NCBI GenBank assembly: GCA_016929805.1 | Contig: JAFGIB010000113.1 | Span: forward strand, 1 to 61,838 | Length of the DNA stretch: 61,838 nucleotides | Source of the DNA: Deltaproteobacteria bacterium | GTDB taxonomy: Bacteria > Myxococcota_A > Polyangia > Polyangiales > JAFGIB01 | Reading direction: 5' to 3' | Part shown: positions 1-9,440 of the stretch, piece after piece | How positions within the stretch are numbered: position 1 is the first letter of the stretch | How the letters are laid out: every line of letters starts with the position of its first letter | Translations under genes and position numbers: made by a program | Notes under the pieces: generated by a model | The model's database searches: none | What the model was told of the DNA's origin: nothing | The model's input: the letters and a program-made list of their open reading frames with translations, nothing else

Positions 1-1
1 A

Positions 2-79
2 GCAAGTACCATCCTCGCCGGCCCTTCGGGCGCGCTCGGTTTTACGGGCGAATTGGCCGCCGACTTGTTTGACCCCTGA
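2..79 (+). CDS. 3' end of a gene cut by the window edge (product unknown)
   Basis: Frame 2 is open from the window edge to TGA at 77-79 (..ASTILAGPSGALGFTGELAADLFDP*). Third codon positions are mostly G/C, as in the neighbouring genes. Too short to assign a family. Confidence 0.25.
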   Translation, partial: ASTILAGPSGALGFTGELAADLFDP

Positions 80-88
80 ACGCTTACC

Positions 89-577
89 TTACGCACGGGC
101 GACGCGTTGAGTGCTCAGCGTAACTGCAGACTGTCGGTTGGCGGGCAGTTGCGCCATGCCTCTACACTCCGACAGGGCGAGCCTCGCGACAGAGGCGAAA
201 CGATGACCGCTTTTCGCGAAGATATCGAGGGCATGTAAAGCTTCTTGACAAGGCGAGTGGCCGAGGATAGCTATCGCGCGCAACAGCTCGGTTTCGGTAG
301 CGAGAGGATCATTTAGCGCTGCGGAGGAACGATCGACCTCTTGCGGGTAGCGAAGAAGATCGAAGTCAAACGGCATCAATTTGTGTGCAAGCATATAAAT
401 ATTAAAGGCGGCCATTTCAGAGCTCGCTAAGTTGAAATAAAAGCTATCGTCGTCGATCTGCACGATATCTGGTTCTACGCGGACGCTACTCAAACCAAAA
501 CCTCGAGATATTGGACGATACGACCGTTTGCCTACCTTTCTTCTACTCTTCGCGCCCCTTTTTTTTCGATTGAACAT
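89..577 (-). CDS. hypothetical protein with a basic N-terminus
   Basis: The track ORF is 89..709. I prefer the in-frame ATG at 577-575 (MFNRKKRGAKSRRK...) because AAGGAGG sits 5 nt upstream on the minus strand (rev-comp of 583-589). No family recognised. Confidence 0.5.
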   Translation of the reverse strand: MFNRKKRGAKSRRKVGKRSYRPISRGFGLSSVRVEPDIVQIDDDSFYFNLASSEMAAFNIYMLAHKLMPFDFDLLRYPQEVDRSSAALNDPLATETELLRAIAILGHSPCQEALHALDIFAKSGHRFASVARLALSECRGMAQLPANRQSAVTLSTQRVARA

Positions 578-760
578 AATCGCCTCCTTGATTTCCGGAT
601 TGAAGATGAGTTGCTTTTCATACGCCTTATCGGCCGAATCAGGACGGCGGTTGCAAAAAAAACGCTCCTCAGGCAAATGAAGCAAGAAAAGCAAAAAAGA
701 GCTATCCACTTCTGACCTGCGAGCGTCGATCCCCCGCTTTCGTATAACTACATTCTTGCT

Positions 761-1246
761 CTAGATAAGAGACCAGATAAATATCCCGCACATTACCAAT
801 GCAATGAGGAATTTTCCCAGCACTCCTCCGATAACGCCCAGAAAAGCTCCAAAGCCGCTTTTAAGTGACGCTTTCAGCGCTTTTCTCGCGAAAAGCAACT
901 CAAAAAGCGCGGCGCCGATGAACGGGGCTGCTATCACACCAGCTATGCCTCCGAAAAACAACCCGATGATGGTGCCGGCAAGGGCCCCGGCCATCCCCCA
1001 TTTACTAGCGTCCATTCTTTTTGCACCGTAAACGGTGGCGAGATAGTCAAGCCCCTGGCTGGCGGCGGCGAGCACGAATAGAGCGACCAGAACTTTCCAA
1101 GTAACCGCCTGAAAATCGGTAACAAAAGCGTAAATTAGAGCGCCTACGAATATCAAAGGAGTGCTCGGAAGAATCGGGATAAAAGCGCCTAACACCCCCA
1201 AAGCCATAAGGATAAAAACCACAATAATCGTCGCGATTTCTAACAT
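761..1246 (-). CDS. DUF456-family small integral membrane protein
   Basis: 161 aa, about four hydrophobic helices with Gly-rich packing (GLFFGGIAGVIAAPFIGAALFE, GAFLGVIGGVLGKF). This is typical of DUF456/YqaA-like membrane proteins. Confidence 0.65.
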   Translation of the reverse strand: MLEIATIIVVFILMALGVLGAFIPILPSTPLIFVGALIYAFVTDFQAVTWKVLVALFVLAAASQGLDYLATVYGAKRMDASKWGMAGALAGTIIGLFFGGIAGVIAAPFIGAALFELLFARKALKASLKSGFGAFLGVIGGVLGKFLIALVMCGIFIWSLI

Positions 1247-1482
1247 GGATAGGTTCTCCGTACCTTTTTCCGAAGAAAAGATAGGGTTAGGTATCGCATA
1301 GGTTGAAAAGATCCAGATTTCGACTTTTATGATGGTATACGGAATAGGGATAGCTCGGACTGAGGGCGTCTCCCCCGCGATTCTTAGCGTATTTATCTAT
1401 GCGAAGCCGAGATCTCTTCCTTTTCGGGCGGTGACGCCTCCGCTTTTTGAGAAGTTACATATAACCCTGATATCCTCGGGAA

Positions 1483-3771
1483 TTGAAAGATTTTTTAATA
1501 TATCCGGGAATCGATCTTGCCGTGACTTCAGTGACTGATCTTCGCGCCAATAATGTTCGTTGCCAGTTAATTCCTTTGAGTGAGCCTCCCGAGGACCGCC
1601 CTCAAGTTCCCAGTCGAGCGTGTCCCGTGTGCGGAAGGCAAGTGGACCCGTTGCGGGCCGGATCCGTTTTGTTGTTCGACGACGGGTTTCGGTACCTCTG
1701 CGGCGCGGATTGCAGAAGTAGTTATTTACAGGGGCAACGACACCAACACACGTCGGGATTGAGCGTTGCAGAGCCGAAAGAGGTTAGAAGAGAGAAGATC
1801 GCCCAGACAAAGCCGGTTGAAAAGGCTGAAGAAAAGGTGGCTCCGGAGCGAGACCCGAGACGAAACCGGCTATTATGGCTTGGGATTGCGGCGGTTTTTT
1901 GCAGCATGATATCGGCTTTTTTCAGCGCTTCGCCGTTTTTTTCGATCGCGTCGGCGGCTTTTACCTGTGTCGCCGCGACCATGGCTCTGCGAGCCGGCTG
2001 GCCTTCGGTTAGATATATCGGTTGGTTGGCCTGGGCGCTAGGCCCGGCCGGAGCAGTTGGAGCTGCTGTCGGAGCGGCTTACGCCAATTTGGGCGGTGCT
2101 GACGCGTGGCTTAGCCTTCAAGGAGCCGCTTTAGCGGCGGCCGCGATGGTGGCGCGGGCCTGGTTTGACGCTGAAGCACGGATACCCATCGCGACCTCGA
2201 TTCGCGCCTTACAGCAAGAACTGCCCGGCGCGATTCATGTACCGGCAAAGGACGCGGCAGATCCCACGGCGGTGTCGATGCAGGTAATCGATACGGAAAA
2301 GGTTCGCACGGGCGAAGATGTCTTTGCTCTCGAAGGAGAGCGGGTCGCGGTCGACGGCGTGGTCCAAGCCGGGGAAGCGATGGCCTTGCTCTATCCCGGA
2401 GCGATAGGAGCGATGCGTCGCTTGCCGGGCGATCCGCTCTTGGCAGGCGCGAAAATCGTAAAAGGCGCCGTGCGGATTCTCGCGTCAAGGGTGGGCGAAA
2501 ACCGAGCTTTGGTCCGATTGAAGAATTTCGGCAGCGGCTCGGGGCACGACGCCGCACCGATCGCCCGCACCGCCGACCTGGTGACCCGTTTCGGTGGTAT
2601 TGCTACCATCGGATTGGCCACAATGGTGTTTTTATTGGCCGATTCGAGAGGATTGGCGGCTCCGCTTTTCGCCGCCAGCGCTGTTCTTCTCGCCGCGCCG
2701 CTGCTCGCGTTGCGGCGGGCGGCGAGCTCGCCGTTAGTGGTCGCGGCTACGCGCGCCGCTGCCCGAGGAATTGTCTTTCAGAGCGCAAGAGCGCTCGACC
2801 AAGCGGGCAGAGTCGCGGTGGTCGCGATGTCTCCGCACGGCACGCTTACAGAAGGCAAGCCCATCGTTTTAGAGATCCATTCCGTGGAAAGCCGTTCGCT
2901 CGAATCTTGCGTAGCGCTGACCGCGTCGGCCGAGGAAGCGGCGGGCGGGCATCCCATCGCGAGCGCGATCAGGGATTTTGCGCGCGCCAATCGGATCGCT
3001 CCGCAGCCGGTCCGCCGCGCGGTTTATCTGCCGGGCCGCGGCATTACCGCACTCGCGCCGGGCGGCGAGGAGCTGGTGGTGGGTAACCGCAAGCTGTTGC
3101 TGGACCAAGGGATAAGCGTTGCCGCCGCCGACGCCATTGCCTTCAGCATAGAATCGAGCGGTCACACCGCGATCTTTGTCGCCTTGGGCGGGAGAGTACG
3201 CGGCGTGTTTAGCCTTCACGATGCCTTACGTCCCGGATCCCGAGCGGCGGTTCAACGCATGATGGATATGAACTTGGAAGTCGTGTTGTTGACCGGCGAT
3301 CAAAGAAGCACGGTTGAAGGCATAGCAGCCGGCTTAGACATCGCTCATATTAAAGCGGAATTATTGTCCGAGGAGCGCGGCCGGGAGGTGAAGCGCTTGC
3401 GCGATGCGGGTGGTCAGGTAGCGGTGATCGGCAATCCGGTAGAGGATCACGCAGCGCTTTCGGCGGCGGATGTCGGTATCGCGCTGGGCGCCGCTGGCGG
3501 AGCGGCCAGCGAGCGGGCCGTTGCCTTGGTCACGAAAGATGTGCGAGACGCGGCGGCGGCGCTCTGGATAGCGCGCGCGGCGCGCGAGGACGCGTTGCGC
3601 TCAACCAGCCTGGCGGCGTGCGCTTTTGCGACGATTGTAGCGGCTGCCGCGGCCGGTTTAATCGTGCCGGGCATCGCCGCCCTATTGGCGGTAGCCGTCG
3701 ACGCGTACGCGGTGCGAGCCGGCGTCAGGCTTCTAAGAAGGATCGAGCTACGGCTTCCGGCGCGGACTTAG
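1483..3771 (+). CDS. P1B-type (heavy-metal) P-type ATPase homologue with an N-terminal YHS/TRASH Cys motif; catalytic motifs degenerate (probable pseudo-ATPase)
   Basis: 762 aa. N-terminal CPVC-x22-CGADC motif (YHS/TRASH-like). The 4+2+2 TM layout matches P1B pumps. Conserved blocks are recognisable (APIARTADL, GGHPIASAI, LLTGDQ). However, DKTGT is SPHGT (nt 2830-2844), TGES is PGAI, the TM6 CPx is AAP, and GDGxND is GNPVED. The track start is TTG at 1483; GTG at 1522 or 1531 are alternatives. Confidence 0.75.
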   Translation: MKDFLIYPGIDLAVTSVTDLRANNVRCQLIPLSEPPEDRPQVPSRACPVCGRQVDPLRAGSVLLFDDGFRYLCGADCRSSYLQGQRHQHTSGLSVAEPKEVRREKIAQTKPVEKAEEKVAPERDPRRNRLLWLGIAAVFCSMISAFFSASPFFSIASAAFTCVAATMALRAGWPSVRYIGWLAWALGPAGAVGAAVGAAYANLGGADAWLSLQGAALAAAAMVARAWFDAEARIPIATSIRALQQELPGAIHVPAKDAADPTAVSMQVIDTEKVRTGEDVFALEGERVAVDGVVQAGEAMALLYPGAIGAMRRLPGDPLLAGAKIVKGAVRILASRVGENRALVRLKNFGSGSGHDAAPIARTADLVTRFGGIATIGLATMVFLLADSRGLAAPLFAASAVLLAAPLLALRRAASSPLVVAATRAAARGIVFQSARALDQAGRVAVVAMSPHGTLTEGKPIVLEIHSVESRSLESCVALTASAEEAAGGHPIASAIRDFARANRIAPQPVRRAVYLPGRGITALAPGGEELVVGNRKLLLDQGISVAAADAIAFSIESSGHTAIFVALGGRVRGVFSLHDALRPGSRAAVQRMMDMNLEVVLLTGDQRSTVEGIAAGLDIAHIKAELLSEERGREVKRLRDAGGQVAVIGNPVEDHAALSAADVGIALGAAGGAASERAVALVTKDVRDAAAALWIARAAREDALRSTSLAACAFATIVAAAAAGLIVPGIAALLAVAVDAYAVRAGVRLLRRIELRLPART

Positions 3772-3792
3772 GAATGTTAAAAAGGTTGAGAT

Positions 3793-5232
3793 ATGGCGAA
3801 TAGATCTTGGGGCGGTCGCTTCGAACGCGACCTCGATAAAAAAGCGGCGCAATTCAGCGCGAGCGTGGATGTGGATAAACGGCTCGCACCGCAGGATATA
3901 CGCGGATCAATCGCGCACGTCCGCATGTTGGGCGAGCGCGGAATTATCCCGGCTGAAGAGGTCAGGCGCATCATTCGGGGGCTGGAAGCGATCGGTCTCG
4001 AGGTCGAACAAGGCCGGTTTCACTGGGACTCGGCCAAAGAAGACGTGCACATGAACATCGAGGCCGCCCTGATCGATAAGATCGGCGAGGTAGGAGGAAA
4101 GCTTCATACGGGTCGCAGCCGAAACGATCAGGTCGTGACCGATATGCGCCTATGGACTCGCGAAGCCTGCCACTTTACCGGTTCCCGCGTCGCTGAGCTT
4201 TTGGCGGTTCTGGCGGTACGCTCCGCGGGCGCGATCGATATACTTCTACCCGGCTATACCCATCTGCAGCGAGCGCAACCGATCCGTCTGGCCCATCACC
4301 TTTTAGCCTGGTGCGAGATGTTAGAGCGCGATCGCGACCGGCTTTTTGACGCGGCCAAGCGCATGAATCTTTCTCCCTTGGGCTCGGGCGCTCTGGCGAC
4401 GACAACCTATGAGATCGACCGGCGGGCCACGGCAAAGGAGCTCGGTTTTGACGGGATTACTCGTAACTCGCTCGACGCGGTGGCCGATCGGGATTTTCTC
4501 ATCGAGAGCGTTGCCGCGCTGGTCAATTGCGCGGTGCACATGTCCCGAATCTCGGAAGAGTTGGTGCTATGGAGCAGCCAGGAGTTCGGATTTATTAAGA
4601 TGAGCGATGCCTTCACCACCGGTTCGTCGATGATGCCTCAAAAAAAGAACCCGGACATGGCCGAGCTCGTGCGTGGAAAAAGCGGTCGCGTGGCGGGTCA
4701 CTTGGTGGCGTTGATCGTTCTACTAAAAGGGTTGCCGCTCGCCTATAACCGCGATCTACAGGAAGACAAACCAGCGACCTTTGACGCTTTTGATACGGTC
4801 AACGCTTGTCTCGAGATTCTTGCCGGCTCGATCGCCACGGCCGAGTTTAATAGCGAGAGAATGAGGGCCGCGCTCGCAAAAGGATTTATAGAAGCTACGG
4901 AGCTGGCTGATTATTTGGCTGTTCGCGGGGTGCCTTTTAGAAAAGCGCATGAAATCGTCGGACGCCTGGTTCGCCTTGCCTCGAAGCAGGGCAAACATCT
5001 GTCGCGGCTTACCCTCGAGGAGTTACGAGCCGAGCACGAGGGATTCTCCACGGATGTCTATCGAGCGTTGGATCCGGAAACCGCGGTCGAGAGGCGGCGC
5101 ATTGCCGGCGGACCCGCTCGAGCGAGGGTAAAAAAAGAGATCGCGGCTCTCAGAAAACGGCTACAAAGATCCGGAATCGACGTGGACCGCACCGCGGCTC
5201 GTTTCGGCGCGAAGGTTTCGCGACCCGATTAG
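3793..5232 (+). CDS. argH: argininosuccinate lyase
   Basis: The N-terminus WGGRFERDLDKKAAQFSASVDVDKRLAPQDIRGSIAHVRML and the fumarate-lyase signature GSSMMPQKKNPD are diagnostic for ArgH. 479 aa with a short basic C-terminal extension. Confidence 0.95.
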   Translation: MANRSWGGRFERDLDKKAAQFSASVDVDKRLAPQDIRGSIAHVRMLGERGIIPAEEVRRIIRGLEAIGLEVEQGRFHWDSAKEDVHMNIEAALIDKIGEVGGKLHTGRSRNDQVVTDMRLWTREACHFTGSRVAELLAVLAVRSAGAIDILLPGYTHLQRAQPIRLAHHLLAWCEMLERDRDRLFDAAKRMNLSPLGSGALATTTYEIDRRATAKELGFDGITRNSLDAVADRDFLIESVAALVNCAVHMSRISEELVLWSSQEFGFIKMSDAFTTGSSMMPQKKNPDMAELVRGKSGRVAGHLVALIVLLKGLPLAYNRDLQEDKPATFDAFDTVNACLEILAGSIATAEFNSERMRAALAKGFIEATELADYLAVRGVPFRKAHEIVGRLVRLASKQGKHLSRLTLEELRAEHEGFSTDVYRALDPETAVERRRIAGGPARARVKKEIAALRKRLQRSGIDVDRTAARFGAKVSRPD

Positions 5233-5367
5233 TCGCGGTAAATAGGAGCGCGTTGCCCCGGGTTGAAATACCGGGTCGTCATGTTACGATTGCCGAGAGA
5301 AATCGCGTTTCCCGCCTCGAAGCGCCGGGGCAAGGCGTTTTTTCTCTTACTCAAAGGAGATCTATCG

Positions 5368-6294
5368 ATGAAAATTCGCTTATGGGCAATCTGCGCGTTT
5401 TGCACGCTTATCAGCGCGGCTCATCCAGCCGGGGTATACGCGCAACAAACCGAGGGTGCGGAGGAGGGACAAAACGCGCAACCCCAGCCGAATGCCGAGC
5501 CCGAGCCCGCCGCTCAACCTCAGCCGCCGCTCGTACCGTTGGCGCAACCCGATTGCGTTCCCAAGTGCCGCGCGGGGTATATCTGCCGTCAAGGGCAGTG
5601 CGTTTCGCTGTGCAACCCGCCTTGCGCTAGCGATGAAACGTGCACCGAAGCCGGCGCGTGCGTTTCCAAGGAGGCGAGAACGCCGCAGCCGACTTTCGAC
5701 GAGCAACAGGATTCGGAGCCGCCCTACCTTCACACGGGCTTTTTCCTCCGCTTCACGATCGGTGGAGGCTGGACCAACGCCGAGGCGCCGTACGGTATTG
5801 AGAACTTGGGGTATTCCTCCTTTTTTAGTTTTGATATCGGAGGCGCCACCAGCGAAAACCTGATCCTACACGCGCGGCTGATATCGTCGCTGACCAACCA
5901 CGCCGGCAAAGACGTCACTCTCGACATCGACGACGATTTGTCGATCGAGACGAAGACCGAGGCGATTCACTATTTATTAATCGGCGGCGGACTGACCTAC
6001 TATATCATGCCGGTCAATATCTATCTCACCTTTGTCCTGGGCGTCGCGGGTTCGGTATTTTACGTCAACACCGATGATCTCACGAAAGCGCAAAAGGACG
6101 CGATTAAACAGTCCGAGGGAGGATTGGGGATCAACCTCGACCTCGGCAAGGAGTGGTGGGTCGGCGATGAATGGGGTTTGGGTGTCGCGGCTCGTTTCAC
6201 CTATTTAAGCGTCGCCCCGAACGAGAACGCCGCCTCGGACGATTGGTTGAGTTGTATAGGATTCGGCGTGCTGTTCACCGCTACTTATAACTAG
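5368..6294 (+). CDS. secreted protein: signal peptide, Pro/Gln-rich linker, small Cys-rich knot, C-terminal beta-barrel-like domain (putative outer-membrane protein)
   Basis: ATG at 5368 is preceded by AAAGGAGA. MKIRLWAICAFCTLISAAHPAGVYAQQ looks like a Sec signal. It is followed by QPQPNAEPEPAAQPQPP and then CVPKCRAGYICRQGQCVSLCNPPCASDETCTEAGACV. The C-terminal 180 aa show alternating hydrophobic/aromatic beta-strand periodicity and end in ..LFTATYN. Confidence 0.6.
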   Translation: MKIRLWAICAFCTLISAAHPAGVYAQQTEGAEEGQNAQPQPNAEPEPAAQPQPPLVPLAQPDCVPKCRAGYICRQGQCVSLCNPPCASDETCTEAGACVSKEARTPQPTFDEQQDSEPPYLHTGFFLRFTIGGGWTNAEAPYGIENLGYSSFFSFDIGGATSENLILHARLISSLTNHAGKDVTLDIDDDLSIETKTEAIHYLLIGGGLTYYIMPVNIYLTFVLGVAGSVFYVNTDDLTKAQKDAIKQSEGGLGINLDLGKEWWVGDEWGLGVAARFTYLSVAPNENAASDDWLSCIGFGVLFTATYN

Positions 6295-6857
6295 ACCGGG
6301 TCGCGTAGATGAGACACGAGGATCTGAATTCCAATCGCGATTAACAACAGCCCTCCGGCGACCTCCGCTCTTTTTTTCCAACGCGGTCCGAGCCGGCTTC
6401 CGAATATGATGCCGATCACGCTCATGAGCGCCGCGACGACGCCGATAATCAAGCTCGGAATCCAAATCAAAACGCGCAGCATGGCGAAGCTCAATCCCAC
6501 CGCCAGGGCGTCGATGCTGGTCGCGACCGAAAGCGAGACCAGCATCCACCCGCGGGTGGGATCGGCTCCGGCGAGCGAGCTGGTTTCGCCCAGGGCTTCC
6601 CGAATCATTTTAGCTCCGATAAAGGTCAAAAGAGCAAAGGCGATCCAGTGGTCGACCTCGGAGAGATAGCCGGCGAGCTGACTTCCGGCGAGCCAACCAG
6701 CGATGACCATGATCGCTTGAAAGAGCCCGAAATGAAACGCGGCTCTAAAGATGTGCCGCGCGGTTACCTTTTTGATAATCAGACCCGCGGCGATCGATAC
6801 GGCAAAAGAGTCCATCGCGAGGCTCAAGGCGATGATCAAATTGGTCCAAAGGCTCAA
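6291..6857 (-). CDS. mntP: manganese efflux pump MntP
   Basis: 188 aa, six TM helices. The two-repeat MntP/YebN pattern is present (LSLAMDSFAVSIAAG ... SVATSIDALAVGLSF). Confidence 0.85.
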   Translation of the reverse strand: MSLWTNLIIALSLAMDSFAVSIAAGLIIKKVTARHIFRAAFHFGLFQAIMVIAGWLAGSQLAGYLSEVDHWIAFALLTFIGAKMIREALGETSSLAGADPTRGWMLVSLSVATSIDALAVGLSFAMLRVLIWIPSLIIGVVAALMSVIGIIFGSRLGPRWKKRAEVAGGLLLIAIGIQILVSHLRDPV

Positions 6858-6863
6858 TGTCTA

Positions 6864-9224
6864 TCAATCCTCCAGGACCGGCGCGTTGGGTTTTCGTTCC
6901 AGAGAGCGTTTACACAGCGGAGCGAGCATAGCCAGGTAACAAGCCAAGAGCATCCAACTCTGGTCGGTGAAGCGTTCGTCGGTCCACTTGTCAATAGTGA
7001 AGTATTGAAAAAAACAGAGCAGCAGCAGACACAGGCTGTTCCATCCCCAAAGCCAACTGTTATTCCGTTTATCATCGGTCATCAGCGGAAGCAAAAAGAT
7101 ATAGTGAAGATAGTAATTGGCCGGATAAAAATAGATCGGAATCAGCAATAGGCCGATCAACGCGGCTTGATCCGGGCGGACGCGACGGGCCGCCAGCAGC
7201 GCGAGCAAGGTAAACAGCGCCATCACGCCGAGGTAGATCGGCAGCCGCGAGTAAAAGGTATCGGTCTGGGTTTTCTGCCAGTTGATCCAGGGCTCGGCGG
7301 CCTGTTTTTGAATGACCTTTCGCGCTACCAAGTCGGGATTATAGGCCGCCAGGGTTCTTAGGCCCACGTGATTGACATTCCACTTGGCCGAATGCAGCGT
7401 GATTTTGTCTATCCATACTCCCCACGACCCCGAAAAGGAAAAGAAAGAAATCGGGAGTAGAACAAGCACCGCGACGCAGATCAGCGCAGCGACCGCGCTG
7501 CGAAACAGCGGTTGTAGCTCGCGCTTCAGCGATGCTCGGGGCGGCAGCTTTTTATATGTGATAAGCTGCTCGGCGAGCCAAAAGAGCGCCGGCACGACCA
7601 TAAAGACGCAGCCGAGCGCGGGAAACGCCCGAAGCAGGCCCGCGCCCGCCATCACCGCCCCTCCCAGCGCCCACCTCTCTGTTTTTAGCGCGCAGACACC
7701 AAAACCGAGCGCCACCTTCCAGTCGAACCGCAGCGTGGCGAAAGCCCAATTGGAGCCGAGCATGGGAAAATCCGTGGCCCCGAAAACGATGATACAGACC
7801 AGAGCGCTGCGTAAACCAAACGTCCGGCCGATAACGATAAATAGAATAATCAATAAAACCGGATCGAGACACCCGGTCAGAAACAGGTTGGTCTCGTCGG
7901 CCCGCACGTGAGCGAAGAGACCGCGGACCAAGAAGATCCAAACCGGGGTCGCGTTGCCGCCGTGATCCCGCAGGCTGCCGAGATAATGGTTAGTCCCCAT
8001 GCTCTCCCAGAACCACCGCATATCCTGTTTAAATTCGGCCCAGCGCTCCGGCGTAAAACGGGTTTTGATTCGGTCTATCTCGTCTCGGACATCGCGCACG
8101 CGCACGATCGCGTTGGTCCTGAGATCGCGCAGCTCGACGTCGGCGATCGAACTTCGCGTTACCCCGGGCTCGTCCTCGAGCAACGCGGCCACGCTGGCGA
8201 GGTAAACGCCGTCAAAGCGCAGCTCCTCGAAGTACTTGACCACCGGAAAGTAGACCCGCATGTCGTAAACGTGGACGTACATCCCGCGTTTTTCCTTGTG
8301 GTTGAAAAACTGGGGATGCCCGAAGTTGTAAAAGCCGGTGAAACCGAGAAGCGCGAGCACTGCCAGTACGCAGGTCGTCCCGCGCGTGTCGGTATGCGAG
8401 CGAAAGATCAAGGCGCGCAACAGCGCGCCGATCGTCACAGCCGCGATCACGGCTCTGAGCAGGCTGATATGCGAAAGCTCCAACGGCCAGATCTCGCGGG
8501 CTGAAATTATCAGGGCTATGCCCGCGGCCGCAGGCATAAGCGCGCCGATGGCGTATAACCAACGGGGAAGCCTGCGGTCATTAAGCGCGACAAAGATCAG
8601 CAGCGCCGCTCCGAAAGCAACCATGGTGATCTGAAGCAACACGGCGGGATCGACGCCGCGTTCGCGGCGCGGCTTCGGAGGCCAAATTTTCGGCTTGTCT
8701 TTATAGACCATGAGCTCGCCGACGCTGATGAAGGCATCACCGCCTCTAGCGGTCAGGCGCAAGTAACGCCCTCGAGCGTTCAATCCCTGACCCGTTCGCG
8801 GTTGCATCCCGGCGGGCGTGGTCGCCGGAGCGCTGAAGAAGTTGGAAAAGCGCTCCCGAGAGTCGGAAATCGACAGGGTGAAGCTGTCGTTGTTATCCGC
8901 GTGCAGATAGACCGAGCGAATGGTCGTAACTTCTCCGAGATCGTAGATCAACTCGGCGTTTTTGGGCTCGAAGATGGCGGTTAAATCGGTCCTCCAGAAA
9001 TCGCCGTTAACCGACCCAATGCCGTCGGTAATCCGTTCCGCGTGGCGCACCCCTCGCGAGTGAATCGGCCGAAGCCCCGCCAGCAGATTCGCGCCGTCAC
9101 CCTTTGGCGTCGAAGCGATTTGCTCTTTGTGGCAGCTCATGAGAGCAAAAACCGATACAGCCCAAATCAAGAGCGTCGAAAACCCTAGTAGCAACCGACG
9201 ACTGGTAATTTTGCTGTTCATCAT
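6864..9224 (-). CDS. polytopic membrane protein with an N-terminal extracytoplasmic F5/8 type C (discoidin)-like domain
   Basis: 786 aa. A signal anchor is followed by a roughly 150-aa domain with discoidin hallmarks (DG..SVNGDFWRTD, IYDLGEVTTIRSVYLHADNNDSFTLSISD, RYLRLTARGGDAFISVGELMVYK). At least 12 hydrophobic helices follow. The stop lies 6 nt before the mntP start. Confidence 0.7.
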   Translation of the reverse strand: MMNSKITSRRLLLGFSTLLIWAVSVFALMSCHKEQIASTPKGDGANLLAGLRPIHSRGVRHAERITDGIGSVNGDFWRTDLTAIFEPKNAELIYDLGEVTTIRSVYLHADNNDSFTLSISDSRERFSNFFSAPATTPAGMQPRTGQGLNARGRYLRLTARGGDAFISVGELMVYKDKPKIWPPKPRRERGVDPAVLLQITMVAFGAALLIFVALNDRRLPRWLYAIGALMPAAAGIALIISAREIWPLELSHISLLRAVIAAVTIGALLRALIFRSHTDTRGTTCVLAVLALLGFTGFYNFGHPQFFNHKEKRGMYVHVYDMRVYFPVVKYFEELRFDGVYLASVAALLEDEPGVTRSSIADVELRDLRTNAIVRVRDVRDEIDRIKTRFTPERWAEFKQDMRWFWESMGTNHYLGSLRDHGGNATPVWIFLVRGLFAHVRADETNLFLTGCLDPVLLIILFIVIGRTFGLRSALVCIIVFGATDFPMLGSNWAFATLRFDWKVALGFGVCALKTERWALGGAVMAGAGLLRAFPALGCVFMVVPALFWLAEQLITYKKLPPRASLKRELQPLFRSAVAALICVAVLVLLPISFFSFSGSWGVWIDKITLHSAKWNVNHVGLRTLAAYNPDLVARKVIQKQAAEPWINWQKTQTDTFYSRLPIYLGVMALFTLLALLAARRVRPDQAALIGLLLIPIYFYPANYYLHYIFLLPLMTDDKRNNSWLWGWNSLCLLLLCFFQYFTIDKWTDERFTDQSWMLLACYLAMLAPLCKRSLERKPNAPVLED

Positions 9225-9440
9225 CTTCAGAGCGGTAACTAAGCGTTAAATCGTCGATTAATCAATCAACGGCGAGAGCGACTAGCGAAATAGCGGGCTT
9301 TCGGCGGTTTTGCAACGAGGATTCTCGTCCCGCGTCCGACCGTGCCGTGTTTTGGTTCAACCGAAACGTGACGTCAGCACTATCAACCCGGTAAGGTGTT
9401 TTGAAGTTGTTTTGGCGCTTTATAGAGTTCGGGGGGTTGG

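Noticed and set aside
1329-1538. 69-aa plus-strand ORF just upstream of and overlapping the ATPase-like gene.
   Set aside because: It lies in the divergent promoter spacer, has no SD, overlaps the better-supported 1483 ORF and has no motif.
6858-6863. I looked for a yybP-ykoY manganese riboswitch upstream of mntP.
   Set aside because: Only 6 nt separate the mntP start from the stop of the upstream gene, so there is no room for a riboswitch leader.
9369-9376. Perfect 8-bp palindrome TGACGTCA (CRE/CRP-half-like) upstream of the discoidin-membrane protein gene.
   Set aside because: Any 8-bp palindrome is expected about once per 256 bp, so roughly 240 occur in this window. There is no flanking context to support a binding site.
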